Notes: a model not told the origin generated them from the sequence alone. Numbered from the stretch's first letter, positions 15,670 to 24,138 are shown. The stretch is DNA of 64,000 bases from an uncultured Candidatus Saccharibacteria bacterium (GCA_964648105.1 CAZYMH010000002.1:118101-182100); one strand, 5' to 3'. A program made the numbers and translations.

Positions 15670-16619
15670 GCGCCGATCGCTCTACCGGTCGCGTTGAGTC
15701 CGCTGCGAGCGGATCACCTTGGTCACGCGGCTCCGCCGCGCTTAAGGCCGCCGACTACTACCGAAGTGTTCCTGGTCGTTCTTCATCGGGACGGCGGCTG
15801 AGCGCCCGGCGGTTGGTGCTCATCGCTGAGGAGCTGTCGGAGCGGGACGACGCGGTCCTGCAGGCGTTGGCGCGGGTGCGGGTCCTGACGGGTGCTCAGC
15901 TTGAGCGTCTGCTGTTCTCCGACATCGCGGTGGCTTCCCGTGGGCGGACGCGGCGGCGGGTACTCGGGCGTCTGGTGGACCTGGGGCTGGTGGTCACCTT
16001 GGAGCGCCGCATCGGCGGGGTTCGCGCCGGGTCGGCAGGGCTGGTTTACGGACTCTCGGGCGCGGGACAGAAACTGGCCGGGCGGGCGGTGGCCGGTGGG
16101 TCTTCGCCTCGGCCCAGAACCACGGCCACGCCCTCGGCCTTGTTTCTGGCCCACGCCCTGGCGGTCGCCGAAGCGTACGTCGCCACCATGGAAGCGCTGC
16201 GGGGAGTCCCTGGGGTGGCGCTCGCCGGGTTCGACGTGGAGCAGAACGCCACCTGGCCGACGGGGCGTGGGCCGAAGGACCTCCTCCGGCCGGACGCCCT
16301 GGTGGTGCTGACCCGGGAGGAAGTCTCGGACGTCTGGTGGCTGGAGGTCGACCGGGACACCGAGAGCCTGCCAAGGATCGTCCGCCTGCTGCGGCGCTAC
16401 CTGGCGTTCGCCCGCTCCGGACAGGCGGGACCGCGTGGCGTGGTCCCGAGGATGCTGCTCAGTGTCCCCAGCCCGGACCGCCTGGCAGGCGTGCAGACCG
16501 AGATCGCCCGGCTGCCGGCGCCAGCCGCGCAGCTGTTCGCGGTCTGCATGGAGTCCGAGGTGGCTGCGCTGCTGGTAAGCGAGATTTTGGACGACGGCTC
16601 ACCAGTAAGGGAGGCGTAG
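15666..16619 (+). CDS. Replication-relaxation family protein (putative relaxase/initiator of the element)
   Basis: LTGAQLERLLFSD...RRVLGRLVDLGLVVTLERRIGGVRAGSAGLVYGLSGAG matches the Replic_Relax winged-helix N-terminus. GTGA coupling to the T4CP gene. Confidence 0.65.
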   Translation: MSADRSTGRVESAASGSPWSRGSAALKAADYYRSVPGRSSSGRRLSARRLVLIAEELSERDDAVLQALARVRVLTGAQLERLLFSDIAVASRGRTRRRVLGRLVDLGLVVTLERRIGGVRAGSAGLVYGLSGAGQKLAGRAVAGGSSPRPRTTATPSALFLAHALAVAEAYVATMEALRGVPGVALAGFDVEQNATWPTGRGPKDLLRPDALVVLTREEVSDVWWLEVDRDTESLPRIVRLLRRYLAFARSGQAGPRGVVPRMLLSVPSPDRLAGVQTEIARLPAPAAQLFAVCMESEVAALLVSEILDDGSPVREA

Positions 16620-16759
16620 TCATCACTGGACGGATCGTTGTCCATTTCACACGACATTCGTGTTGACGGCGGAACTAATGGCCATGGGACAATGTATGTA
16701 CACACATACCAACCAACGCTTCGCTCATTCGTGAAGCAGAAGGGCACGACGGACGACGT

Positions 16760-17164
16760 ATGACGGCATCCCATCCCCAGTCGAGTTCAGGAAGACACAC
16801 GGACCCGGTGCGGCTGGAAGGCGTCCTGAAGACCGCTCGGGAACAGCAGGGGCTGTCGATCCGTCGTCTTGCTCAGCGTGTTGGTGTCCACCACGCCAGT
16901 CTTGCCCGCATTGAACTGGGTGAGCAGCATCCTTCGACCGGAACTCTTCGCAAGCTGGCCGGAGTGCTGGAACTCGATGAGACGGACCTGTTCGCCTTGG
17001 CCGGCTACCAGCCGCCGGAGCTCCTGCCGTCGTTCCCGGCCTACCTGCGGGCCAAGTACAACATGCCGCCAGAGGCCACCGAGCAGCTCAATGAGTACTT
17101 CAGCTACCTCGCCGAGAAGTACGACATCACGCCGGATGACGCCGAACCACCGACCCAGCGGTAA
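16760..17164 (+). CDS. XRE-family HTH transcriptional regulator
   Basis: LKTAREQQGLSIRRLAQRVGVHHASLARIELGE is an HTH_3 pattern. Confidence 0.8.
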   Translation: MTASHPQSSSGRHTDPVRLEGVLKTAREQQGLSIRRLAQRVGVHHASLARIELGEQHPSTGTLRKLAGVLELDETDLFALAGYQPPELLPSFPAYLRAKYNMPPEATEQLNEYFSYLAEKYDITPDDAEPPTQR

Positions 17165-17229
17165 CCGGCCAGCTCTTCTTCTTTCGCCTCACCACTCTTC
17201 ACTAACAACAATGAAAGGAGGTCATTCTC

Positions 17230-17916
17230 ATGACCATCAACAACACCACACCAGGCAGCGTGCTCGGCTTGCTTCGAGCGCTCATGCCGCCACGGGCCCT
17301 GGAGGTCCACGAAGCCGAAGGCGTCGCTGAACGTCAAGCCCTCAAGCTGCTGTCGCTACTGGACCAGCATTCGCCGGCCGTCGACGTGGCGGCGATCGCC
17401 GAGCTGCCGCGCATCGAGGTGCGGGTCGAGCCGAGGCTGCCGGTGTCCGGGTTCTCGCAGTGGAGCCGCGGGCGGTGGCTGATCGGCATTAACCAGGACG
17501 ACGCCCCAGTGCGCCGCCGGTTCACGCTCGCGCACGAGTTCAAGCACGTCCTGGATCACCCGTTCATTGATGGCGCCTACCTGGACCGCCGCAGACGACC
17601 ATCCGACGCCAGAGCCGAGGCGATCTGCGACGTCTTCGCAGCCTGCCTGCTGATGCCCCGGCCATGGGTCAAACAGGCCTGGATCGGGGGCATCCAAGAC
17701 CAACGAGCCTTGGCCCAGCTGTTCGGGGTCTCTGAGGCGGCGATGGCGCTACGGCTGCGGCAACTCGGGATCACCGGGCCACGCAGCCGCTGGACGAACC
17801 TCACCGGAGAGGACTCCGGAGGCGTTGGCCGCTACTTCCGACGTCCTGCGTCGTCCGTGTCGCTGACAGCGGCTAGGGTCGGGATTCGGTTGCCGGTCAT
17901 GAGCGGAGGCAGCTAG
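17230..17916 (+). CDS. ImmA/IrrE-family metallopeptidase
   Basis: HEFKH zinc-binding motif (LAHEFKHVLDH) immediately downstream of the XRE gene. This is the classic ICE/prophage induction pair. Confidence 0.8.
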   Translation: MTINNTTPGSVLGLLRALMPPRALEVHEAEGVAERQALKLLSLLDQHSPAVDVAAIAELPRIEVRVEPRLPVSGFSQWSRGRWLIGINQDDAPVRRRFTLAHEFKHVLDHPFIDGAYLDRRRRPSDARAEAICDVFAACLLMPRPWVKQAWIGGIQDQRALAQLFGVSEAAMALRLRQLGITGPRSRWTNLTGEDSGGVGRYFRRPASSVSLTAARVGIRLPVMSGGS

Positions 17917-17918
17917 CG

Positions 17919-19802
17919 ATGCACCAGGAAGAAACACCCATGGAGCCCACGGCGGACGGTGGTTCGGTGGCGGTGCCGACGAAGACCGCGGTGATCTACC
18001 TGCGGGTCTCGACCTCGGCACAGGCCGACACCGACTACAGCAGCGAGGGGTACTCCATCCCGGCCCAGCGGGAGGCCTGCCGGCGCACCGCTGAGAATCT
18101 CGATGCCCGGGTGGTGGAGGAGTACGTCGACCGGGGGGAGAGCGCTCGCTCGGCTGACCGGCCAGCTCTGCTGTCCATGCTGGAGCGGCTGCGGACCCAG
18201 CGGGACGTCGACTACGTCATCGTCCACAAGGTCGACCGCTTGGCCCGGAACAGGGCCGATGACATTGAGATCGCCCTGGCGATTCGCAGTGCCGGGGCGG
18301 CGCTGGTGTCGGCCACCGAGAACATCGACACCACCCCCTCGGGGGCCTTGCTACACGGGATCATGGCCACCATCGCCGAGTTCTACTCGCAGAACCTGGC
18401 GGCGGAGGTCAGGAAGGGCCTGCTGCAGAAGGTCCGCCTCGGGGGCACACCGACCCGTGCGCCGCTTGGGTACCTGAACGTCATCGACCGGGTTGAGGGC
18501 CGTGAGATCCGCAGCGTGCGGACGGATCAGGAGCGGGCCCCGCACATCCAGTGGATGTTCGAGGCCTACGCCTCAGGGGACTACCTCATCCGAGAACTCG
18601 CCGACGAACTGGCAGAGCGAGGACTCCGGACCCGGCCCACACCGAAGCGACCGACCGGCGTGCCGGTGACCACCTCCATGGTCGAGCGGATGCTCGCCAA
18701 CCCGTACTACGTCGGGGTGGTGCTGTTCGAGGGGGTGGAGTACCAGGGCCGGCACGAGCCACTGATCTCCCGGGAGCTGTTCGAGGCGGTACAGACCTTG
18801 AAGGCATCCCGGCGCCTGTCCAAGGAGAAGCCCTACCAGCATCCGCACTACCTCAAGGGCACGGTGTTCTGCGGAACCTGCGGTGAACGGCTCGGGGTGA
18901 TGAAGGCCCGGAACCGTCACGGCCAGACCTACCCGTATTTCTACTGTTTGGGTCGGCAGAAGCACCGGACCCGGTGCGACCAGCCCTACGTCTCCATCGA
19001 CGTTGTGGAAGACCGCGTCGAGGCCCTGTGGCAGTCAGTGGTCCTGCCGGAGGATGTCTGTGCAGCCATCCGTCGGGCGGTACTGGATCTCGCCGGGCGA
19101 ATGCATGTCGAACAAGCCCAGGAGATCGACCGACAGGCCAAGGCTCTGGCACGCCTGGACTCCGAGCGAGAGAAGCTGCTCCAGGCCCACTACGCCGGTG
19201 CCGTTCCCCTGGACCTCCTCAAGCGGGAGCAGGAGCGGATCGCGCGGGAGATGGCCCGGGCCGAGAGCATCACCGGTCGACTGAACGCCGAGATCGGGGA
19301 CGTGGAGCGCGGGCTGGAGGAGGCACTGGGGCTCCTCGGTGACGCCAACCGGCTCTACCAGCTGGCACCACATCACATCCGACGCCAGCTCAACCAGGCC
19401 GTCTTCGAACGCATCCTGGTCGACAGCGATTCCATGCCCTACGGGCGCCTGGCGGCACCCTTCGGGCAACTGCTGGAGCTGGCGGAACGGACCGAGACAC
19501 GGAACGTCGAGGAGCAGGTCGCCGAGGAGCGACTCCAGCGCTACCTGCGCACCGGACCACCGCGAAGACGAAGCCGCAAGGCGATGGAAGCTGCCGTCGC
19601 GCGGATCTTGGGCGACGGCGAGGGCGGGGCCATCACGACGAACAGCTCCGAAAACGACGAGAACCCCGACCGATCTGCGATCGGCCAGGGTTCAAACGTC
19701 GTACTAATGGCGGAGAGAGAGGGATTCGAACCCTCGGTACCGTTGCCGGCACGACGGTTTTCAAGACCGTTTCCTTCAACCACTCGGACATCTCTCCATT
19801 GA
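17919..19802 (+). CDS. Large serine recombinase (integrase of element 1); last ~30 codons lie in tRNA-Ser antisense sequence
   Basis: VIYLRVSTSAQ catalytic-Ser N-terminus, a recombinase domain, a zinc ribbon (CGTCGERL...YYCLGRQKHRTRCDQPY) and a coiled-coil region. The frame has no stop before the junction at 19707/19708. Confidence 0.9.
   Translation: MHQEETPMEPTADGGSVAVPTKTAVIYLRVSTSAQADTDYSSEGYSIPAQREACRRTAENLDARVVEEYVDRGESARSADRPALLSMLERLRTQRDVDYVIVHKVDRLARNRADDIEIALAIRSAGAALVSATENIDTTPSGALLHGIMATIAEFYSQNLAAEVRKGLLQKVRLGGTPTRAPLGYLNVIDRVEGREIRSVRTDQERAPHIQWMFEAYASGDYLIRELADELAERGLRTRPTPKRPTGVPVTTSMVERMLANPYYVGVVLFEGVEYQGRHEPLISRELFEAVQTLKASRRLSKEKPYQHPHYLKGTVFCGTCGERLGVMKARNRHGQTYPYFYCLGRQKHRTRCDQPYVSIDVVEDRVEALWQSVVLPEDVCAAIRRAVLDLAGRMHVEQAQEIDRQAKALARLDSEREKLLQAHYAGAVPLDLLKREQERIAREMARAESITGRLNAEIGDVERGLEEALGLLGDANRLYQLAPHHIRRQLNQAVFERILVDSDSMPYGRLAAPFGQLLELAERTETRNVEEQVAEERLQRYLRTGPPRRRSRKAMEAAVARILGDGEGGAITTNSSENDENPDRSAIGQGSNVVLMAEREGFEPSVPLPARRFSRPFPSTTRTSLH
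19708..19713. repeat. TGGCGG junction core, right copy (element 1), equals the CCGCCA 3' end of tRNA-Ser(UGA)
   Basis: Identical hexamer to 2979-2984. It lies exactly at the GC-rich to tRNA transition. Confidence 0.6.
19708..19797 (-). tRNA. tRNA-Ser (anticodon UGA), type II, CCA encoded
   Basis: The reverse complement GGAGAGATGTCCGAGTGGTTGAAGGAAACGGT-CTTGAAA-ACCGT...CGAGGGTTCGAATCCCTCTCTCTCCGCCA is 90 nt. The last 29 nt are identical to tRNA-Ser(GCU) at 33844-33872. Confidence 0.9.
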
Positions 19803-19884
19803 TTTATAAAACTGATCGCTTTACAGGGGTATATTGTACACTATTTTACGGTCTTTATCTATAAAAATAGTTTATAATTAGATT

Positions 19885-20145
19885 ATGGCGAGAGGAATAG
19901 CACAATTTATTTCGGATAAAAGGGCAGAGGGTAAAACTGACAGTCAAATTACCCATATTTTACTTGATGCTGGCTGGCACATGGACTTAATCCACAAAGC
20001 CATGCATACCGATCTGCTTCATAAGCGTGAGCTTAAGCCTATCTTAAAGAAAAGAAATAATCATAAACAATACATCATATTGGCGTTAGCTGTGTTATTT
20101 TTTGTGGCTTGTGCCATTTATGTATTAACTAGTTTGAGGAGTTAA
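19885..20145 (+). CDS. Small C-terminally membrane-anchored protein
   Basis: 86 aa with a C-terminal TM helix (YIILALAVLFFVACAIYVLT). Confidence 0.4.
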   Translation: MARGIAQFISDKRAEGKTDSQITHILLDAGWHMDLIHKAMHTDLLHKRELKPILKKRNNHKQYIILALAVLFFVACAIYVLTSLRS

Positions 20146-20146
20146 T

Positions 20147-20659
20147 TTGGACGACGGAGATTACGAAGTCGATATTTTAGATGAGTCGGGCAAGTACGCC
20201 AATAAAAAGCTCAGGAAAAACATCATAAAAGGCCAAGACATCTACCACGCTGTGTACTGCGTTTTGACTACACCAAATCAAGAAATTATTCTGAACTTAA
20301 TTGCCAACAGATCAGACATGCCCAATTTGCACGCTGGGTCTTATGGAGCATCGGCGGCAACTATCAAACGAGTCGGCGAAACGAGCGAGCAGGCTATGCA
20401 GCGAGCCTTAGCAAATGAGCTTAAGATCGCTAGTTCAACACCTAAATTACTCTGGGAAAATATGATGGCAATAGATAATACTTATCGAAAAGTTGGCTTA
20501 TACCATTTAACTTCGGCGTTGCCCCAAAACTACAACAAACAAGATATCGAAGAACTAGTTGTGGTCACAAAAGCTGAACTTTTGGGTATACAAAAGCAAA
20601 CTCCGCATAAAATCACCCCTGTTTTAGGTATATTTATCGAGAAATATTTAAATATTTAG
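20147..20659 (+). CDS. Hypothetical protein, possibly degenerate Nudix/IDI-like fold
   Basis: TTG start. GETSEQAMQRALANELKI only loosely resembles a Nudix box. Confidence 0.3.
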   Translation: MDDGDYEVDILDESGKYANKKLRKNIIKGQDIYHAVYCVLTTPNQEIILNLIANRSDMPNLHAGSYGASAATIKRVGETSEQAMQRALANELKIASSTPKLLWENMMAIDNTYRKVGLYHLTSALPQNYNKQDIEELVVVTKAELLGIQKQTPHKITPVLGIFIEKYLNI

Positions 20660-21888
20660 CTGCGAGACTTTACGAAAGTTAAAGCTACGCCAGTTTTGCC
20701 ACCACGTCCTGTACGCCCAATCCGATGGACATAGTCGTCGTAGTTACTTGGTTCGTCGTAATTAATAACGTGCGTAACGTTAGGTATATCAAGTCCGCGA
20801 GCCGCTACATCGGTAGCCACTAAGACATTTAATTCGTTTGACTTAAATGATTTCAAGACTCGAGTTCGTTGGCTTTGGTTTTTGTTGCCATGAATGGCAT
20901 TGGAGGCAATGCCTGCTTTTAGCAATTTGTCTGATAGCCTTTGGACACCAAATTTGGTTTCGCCAAACACAATCACTTTCTCAAATTCTGACTGTTTGAG
21001 CATTTCGATCAGTTGATCTTTGCGATGATCATCATCTTGATAGGTAACTACATCTTGATAGATATAATCGTTGGTTTCGGCCTTCTTAACAGATATAGTT
21101 ACTGGACTAATCATAAAATCTTGAGTAAGTTTCTCGACGGCTGGACTCATTGTGGCACTAAAACACAGTGTTTGTCTGTCGGTCGGTAGCAACCCAACAA
21201 TTGAGCGGATATCATTAATAAAACCCATGTCGAGCATACGGTCGGCTTCGTCTAAAACAAGCGTATTTATGCTGTCTGTTTGCAGTAAATTACGATTTTG
21301 TAAATCTTTTAGTCGGCCAGGCGTACCAATAATCACCTGGACACCCCGCTTAAGTTGCTTGATTTGGCCACCGATGTTAACTCCACCTACACAAACTGCC
21401 GAATATAGCCTCATGCCAAAAGATAATCGCTTAAACTCAGCGTCAATTTGCTGAGCTAGCTCTCTGGTAGGGGCCATAATAAGAACTGTATTGTACTTTT
21501 TGTTGGTGTGCAGTTTTTCGATGATTGGCAGCAAAAACACAGCAGTTTTACCAGTACCAGTATTGGCCAAGCCAACAACATCTTTGCCTTGTAATACAAG
21601 CGGCAGAGCCTTATCTTGAATCGGGCTAGGTGTGACTAAGCCTGCTTGAGCCAAATTATCGGCTAAAGTTTGGTTAAAATTAAAGTCGGTAAACTTATGA
21701 TCAGGCGTATGCTCTGGTTCAGTTGATTTTTCTTTGATATTTTTGTTTACGAACAGCGAAGGGTTAATAAGCTGTTTGCGGCCGCGACGTTTGACAGGGC
21801 GACTGCGATTATTTCTAAAATTAGAATTATTTTTTGGCCCACTAAAAGACCGCTTTTTTGTATATGACATGAATACCTTTCGACACAT
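20656..21888 (-). CDS. DEAD-box ATP-dependent RNA helicase
   Basis: Q-motif region PSPIQ, motif I NTGTGKT, motif II VLDEAD, SAT, and motif VI HRIGRTGRGG. Basic N-terminal tail. Confidence 0.9.
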   Translation of the reverse strand: MCRKVFMSYTKKRSFSGPKNNSNFRNNRSRPVKRRGRKQLINPSLFVNKNIKEKSTEPEHTPDHKFTDFNFNQTLADNLAQAGLVTPSPIQDKALPLVLQGKDVVGLANTGTGKTAVFLLPIIEKLHTNKKYNTVLIMAPTRELAQQIDAEFKRLSFGMRLYSAVCVGGVNIGGQIKQLKRGVQVIIGTPGRLKDLQNRNLLQTDSINTLVLDEADRMLDMGFINDIRSIVGLLPTDRQTLCFSATMSPAVEKLTQDFMISPVTISVKKAETNDYIYQDVVTYQDDDHRKDQLIEMLKQSEFEKVIVFGETKFGVQRLSDKLLKAGIASNAIHGNKNQSQRTRVLKSFKSNELNVLVATDVAARGLDIPNVTHVINYDEPSNYDDYVHRIGRTGRGGKTGVALTFVKSRS

Positions 21889-22011
21889 CAGTTAAAGATG
21901 AATCGCTATTGCTATTAGTAGAGCATCCATCCGAATTTTACAAAAATTTAAGTAAAGAGACGTAAAATTAAATAAATTATAGCATACTTAAAATAATTTG
22001 TAAACTCGTGT

Positions 22012-23415
22012 TTATGCTATGTCGGGGTAGGGTAGGATTTTATTGTTATTTTTGCGGAGATATTGCCGCAATATTTTGTATGTATCGATATCGAATCCAT
22101 TAGAGATCCTCTCTATAAATGGTTCGAATTCGTGGTGCATGATACCCTCGATAATCCACTGATTGATTATTAGAGATTTGGTTTCGCTAATTTTGACCGA
22201 GATTTTTGATTTGAATGGCCAAGAATCAATCTTGGACCTCTCGAGGGCTAGCTCAACCCTTAAGTTGTAAGTTTCCTCAGGTTCTTTGCCTATACACGCC
22301 CCCTTACATAGTCCAAGTTGGTAACGGAAACACGCCGCCACGGCGTTTTCTAACCCCATAAGCTTAGGGCAAAGTGAAAAAGTTTTGGTTAGCTCTTCTA
22401 GCCGTTTTTTGGCCTTGGCCCTAGATGTATATACGCCGTAAATATTTGTTATATCGGTGTTGTCGTTTAAGTCTTGGCTTTCGACGGTGATCGTCGCGTA
22501 ATTATTTTCGTTGTTACTCTTTTTGAGGATTGATTGTTGGGTTTTTCGACGTAATTTCCTGTTGAGAAGTGGGCTAAGCTCCTTAACTTTGGCCGACTCC
22601 AGCAAAAGTGCCTCGATTTCGGTATCGGTTACCTCAAAATCGATTGAATAACTTCTTTGAGCTAACTTCATTTCTTTGATAATTCGTGTGTCACTGGTGA
22701 AGTGAGATTTTACGCGTTCCCGAATATTTACACTTTTGCCAATATAGAGCGGCGAGCCACGTTCATCATTAAAGATGTAAATCCCTGGTTGCGAAGGTAG
22801 ATTCTCGACAGTTGATTGATCTACATTAGGTGGGAGTGAGCGAGTTTTTAGTTGGTTTAATAGATTGTTTTCGAATGCATCGATACCATGTTCGCTAATT
22901 GCTAGTTGGGTAAAATCGTACATTGCTTTAGCATCGTCATATGCTCGGTGGCGACTACTGGTTTGTATGCCATGACGTTGGATAATTTTCTCTAAACTAT
23001 GACCTCTGTGATTGGGGTATAAAGCTCGCGACATACGGACAGTGCAAAATAATTTTGGTTTATAGTCATAGCCAGTTGCTTTGAAATGCGACTTCAAAAA
23101 AGAATAGTCAAATCGGACATTATGAGCTACGAATATTGCCCCACTAAACAAATCTTTTAATTTTTCGGAGATTTCGTCGAAATAGGGAGCATGAACCAAG
23201 TCGTTATTTGAGATACCTGTAAGCTGTTCTATCGAGGTGGGTATATTGCCACCTGGATTCACTAACGACTGATATATTTCAGTTATTTCGCCTTGTTCGA
23301 CTCTGATAACACCAATCTCAATAATTCGGCCCTGGATACCCATCTTGCCGTTCGTCTCTATATCAACAAATACCATCGGTGCATTATGCATGCCTAATAT
23401 TATAACGCTTAGCAA
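22012..23415 (-). CDS. DnaQ-like DEDD 3'-5' exonuclease fused to GIY-YIG (UvrC/Cho-like) nuclease domain
   Basis: N-terminus VFVDIETNG...FVAHNVRFDYSFL...HRAYDDA (Exo I-III). The middle has PGIYIFNDERGSPLYIGKSVNIRERVKSHF (GIY-YIG). Confidence 0.8.
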   Translation of the reverse strand: MLSVIILGMHNAPMVFVDIETNGKMGIQGRIIEIGVIRVEQGEITEIYQSLVNPGGNIPTSIEQLTGISNNDLVHAPYFDEISEKLKDLFSGAIFVAHNVRFDYSFLKSHFKATGYDYKPKLFCTVRMSRALYPNHRGHSLEKIIQRHGIQTSSRHRAYDDAKAMYDFTQLAISEHGIDAFENNLLNQLKTRSLPPNVDQSTVENLPSQPGIYIFNDERGSPLYIGKSVNIRERVKSHFTSDTRIIKEMKLAQRSYSIDFEVTDTEIEALLLESAKVKELSPLLNRKLRRKTQQSILKKSNNENNYATITVESQDLNDNTDITNIYGVYTSRAKAKKRLEELTKTFSLCPKLMGLENAVAACFRYQLGLCKGACIGKEPEETYNLRVELALERSKIDSWPFKSKISVKISETKSLIINQWIIEGIMHHEFEPFIERISNGFDIDTYKILRQYLRKNNNKILPYPDIA

Positions 23416-23518
23416 TTTATTAAAGCATTAGTAGATTATAAAAATAATCTTAATCTCTATATGCTATTGCATTGTGCCACAGCATTATTGATGAAATCAG
23501 AATCAACTATTCTATTGG

Positions 23519-23989
23519 TTAGGATAAAAATTCTTTAGGAAAATCTAGAAGAAATTCCTTAGTGGGGGTTTGTTCCCAGGTATTAAGTGCTTCATCAAAT
23601 ACGAATTGATATACCTCTTTGGTATTATCAAATATCAAATCACTTGGAAGTTCATCTAACTCAGCTTTGGTTAGCCATCGTAAATCTAATGATTCTTCCT
23701 CATGAGGATTCATTTCCGGATTATTTTTAGCCACGAATGCGTACTCAATATCGGTGTGAAAATGTTTAGACGGTATGTCATGAGTGTTCATCGCAAGCGG
23801 GTAAGGATGCTGGACGACTTTTGTCATCTTTCTAATGCGAGATTTTGGCTGCAATATGTCGAGTTGAGTTAATACATAACCCGATTCCTCAGTTATCTCA
23901 TGAGAGATTGCTTGCCAAGGAGTTTCTGATAGCTCAACGTGTCCTCCAATCGGCAAAAGAATATTCAGTTTCCGATGCATATGTAGCAA
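23519..23989 (-). CDS. Nudix hydrolase (5' end/start codon uncertain)
   Basis: Nudix box GGHVELSETPWQAISHEITEESGY. The frame stays open upstream to a stop at 24050-24052 and encodes a typical N-terminal strand (SSAYIVRVDGPEPRALL) without a canonical start codon. Confidence 0.7.
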   Translation of the reverse strand: MLHMHRKLNILLPIGGHVELSETPWQAISHEITEESGYVLTQLDILQPKSRIRKMTKVVQHPYPLAMNTHDIPSKHFHTDIEYAFVAKNNPEMNPHEEESLDLRWLTKAELDELPSDLIFDNTKEVYQFVFDEALNTWEQTPTKEFLLDFPKEFLS

Positions 23990-24131
23990 CGCTCTGGGCT
24001 CAGGACCATCTACTCTAACTATATATGCTGAACTGTAAGGTCGTGTTCGTTATCGTTAGTGTGAATGTGTGGCATGATTAAATTATAGCAATAAATAGCC
24101 GCTATTCTGGTGTCTACTAATTAAACCTGAT

Positions 24132-24138
24132 TGGTACA
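24132..24138. repeat. TGGTACA candidate junction core, left copy (element 2)
   Basis: The 7-mer is identical to the tRNA-Arg 3' end at 32964-32970. It lies in a 200-bp ORF-free gap. A chance match is not excluded. Confidence 0.35.

Larger units (their letters stand above)
2985..19707. mobile_element. GC-rich integrative mobilizable element (large-serine-recombinase type) inserted at the 3' end of tRNA-Ser(UGA)
   Basis: Composition changes abruptly at both ends. A tRNA lies at one junction and its trailer at the other. The element encodes an LSR, XRE/ImmA, a T4CP, a replication-relaxation protein and R-M cargo. Overlapping GTGA/ATGA start-stop coupling is typical of high-GC Gram-positives. 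Confidence 0.8.

Noticed and set aside
2985-19707. GC-rich block as a pure assembly or binning chimera
   Set aside because: Not favoured. Removing the block regenerates a precise tRNA-plus-trailer locus, and the recombinase frame reads seamlessly into the tRNA. However, this cannot be excluded without read-level evidence.
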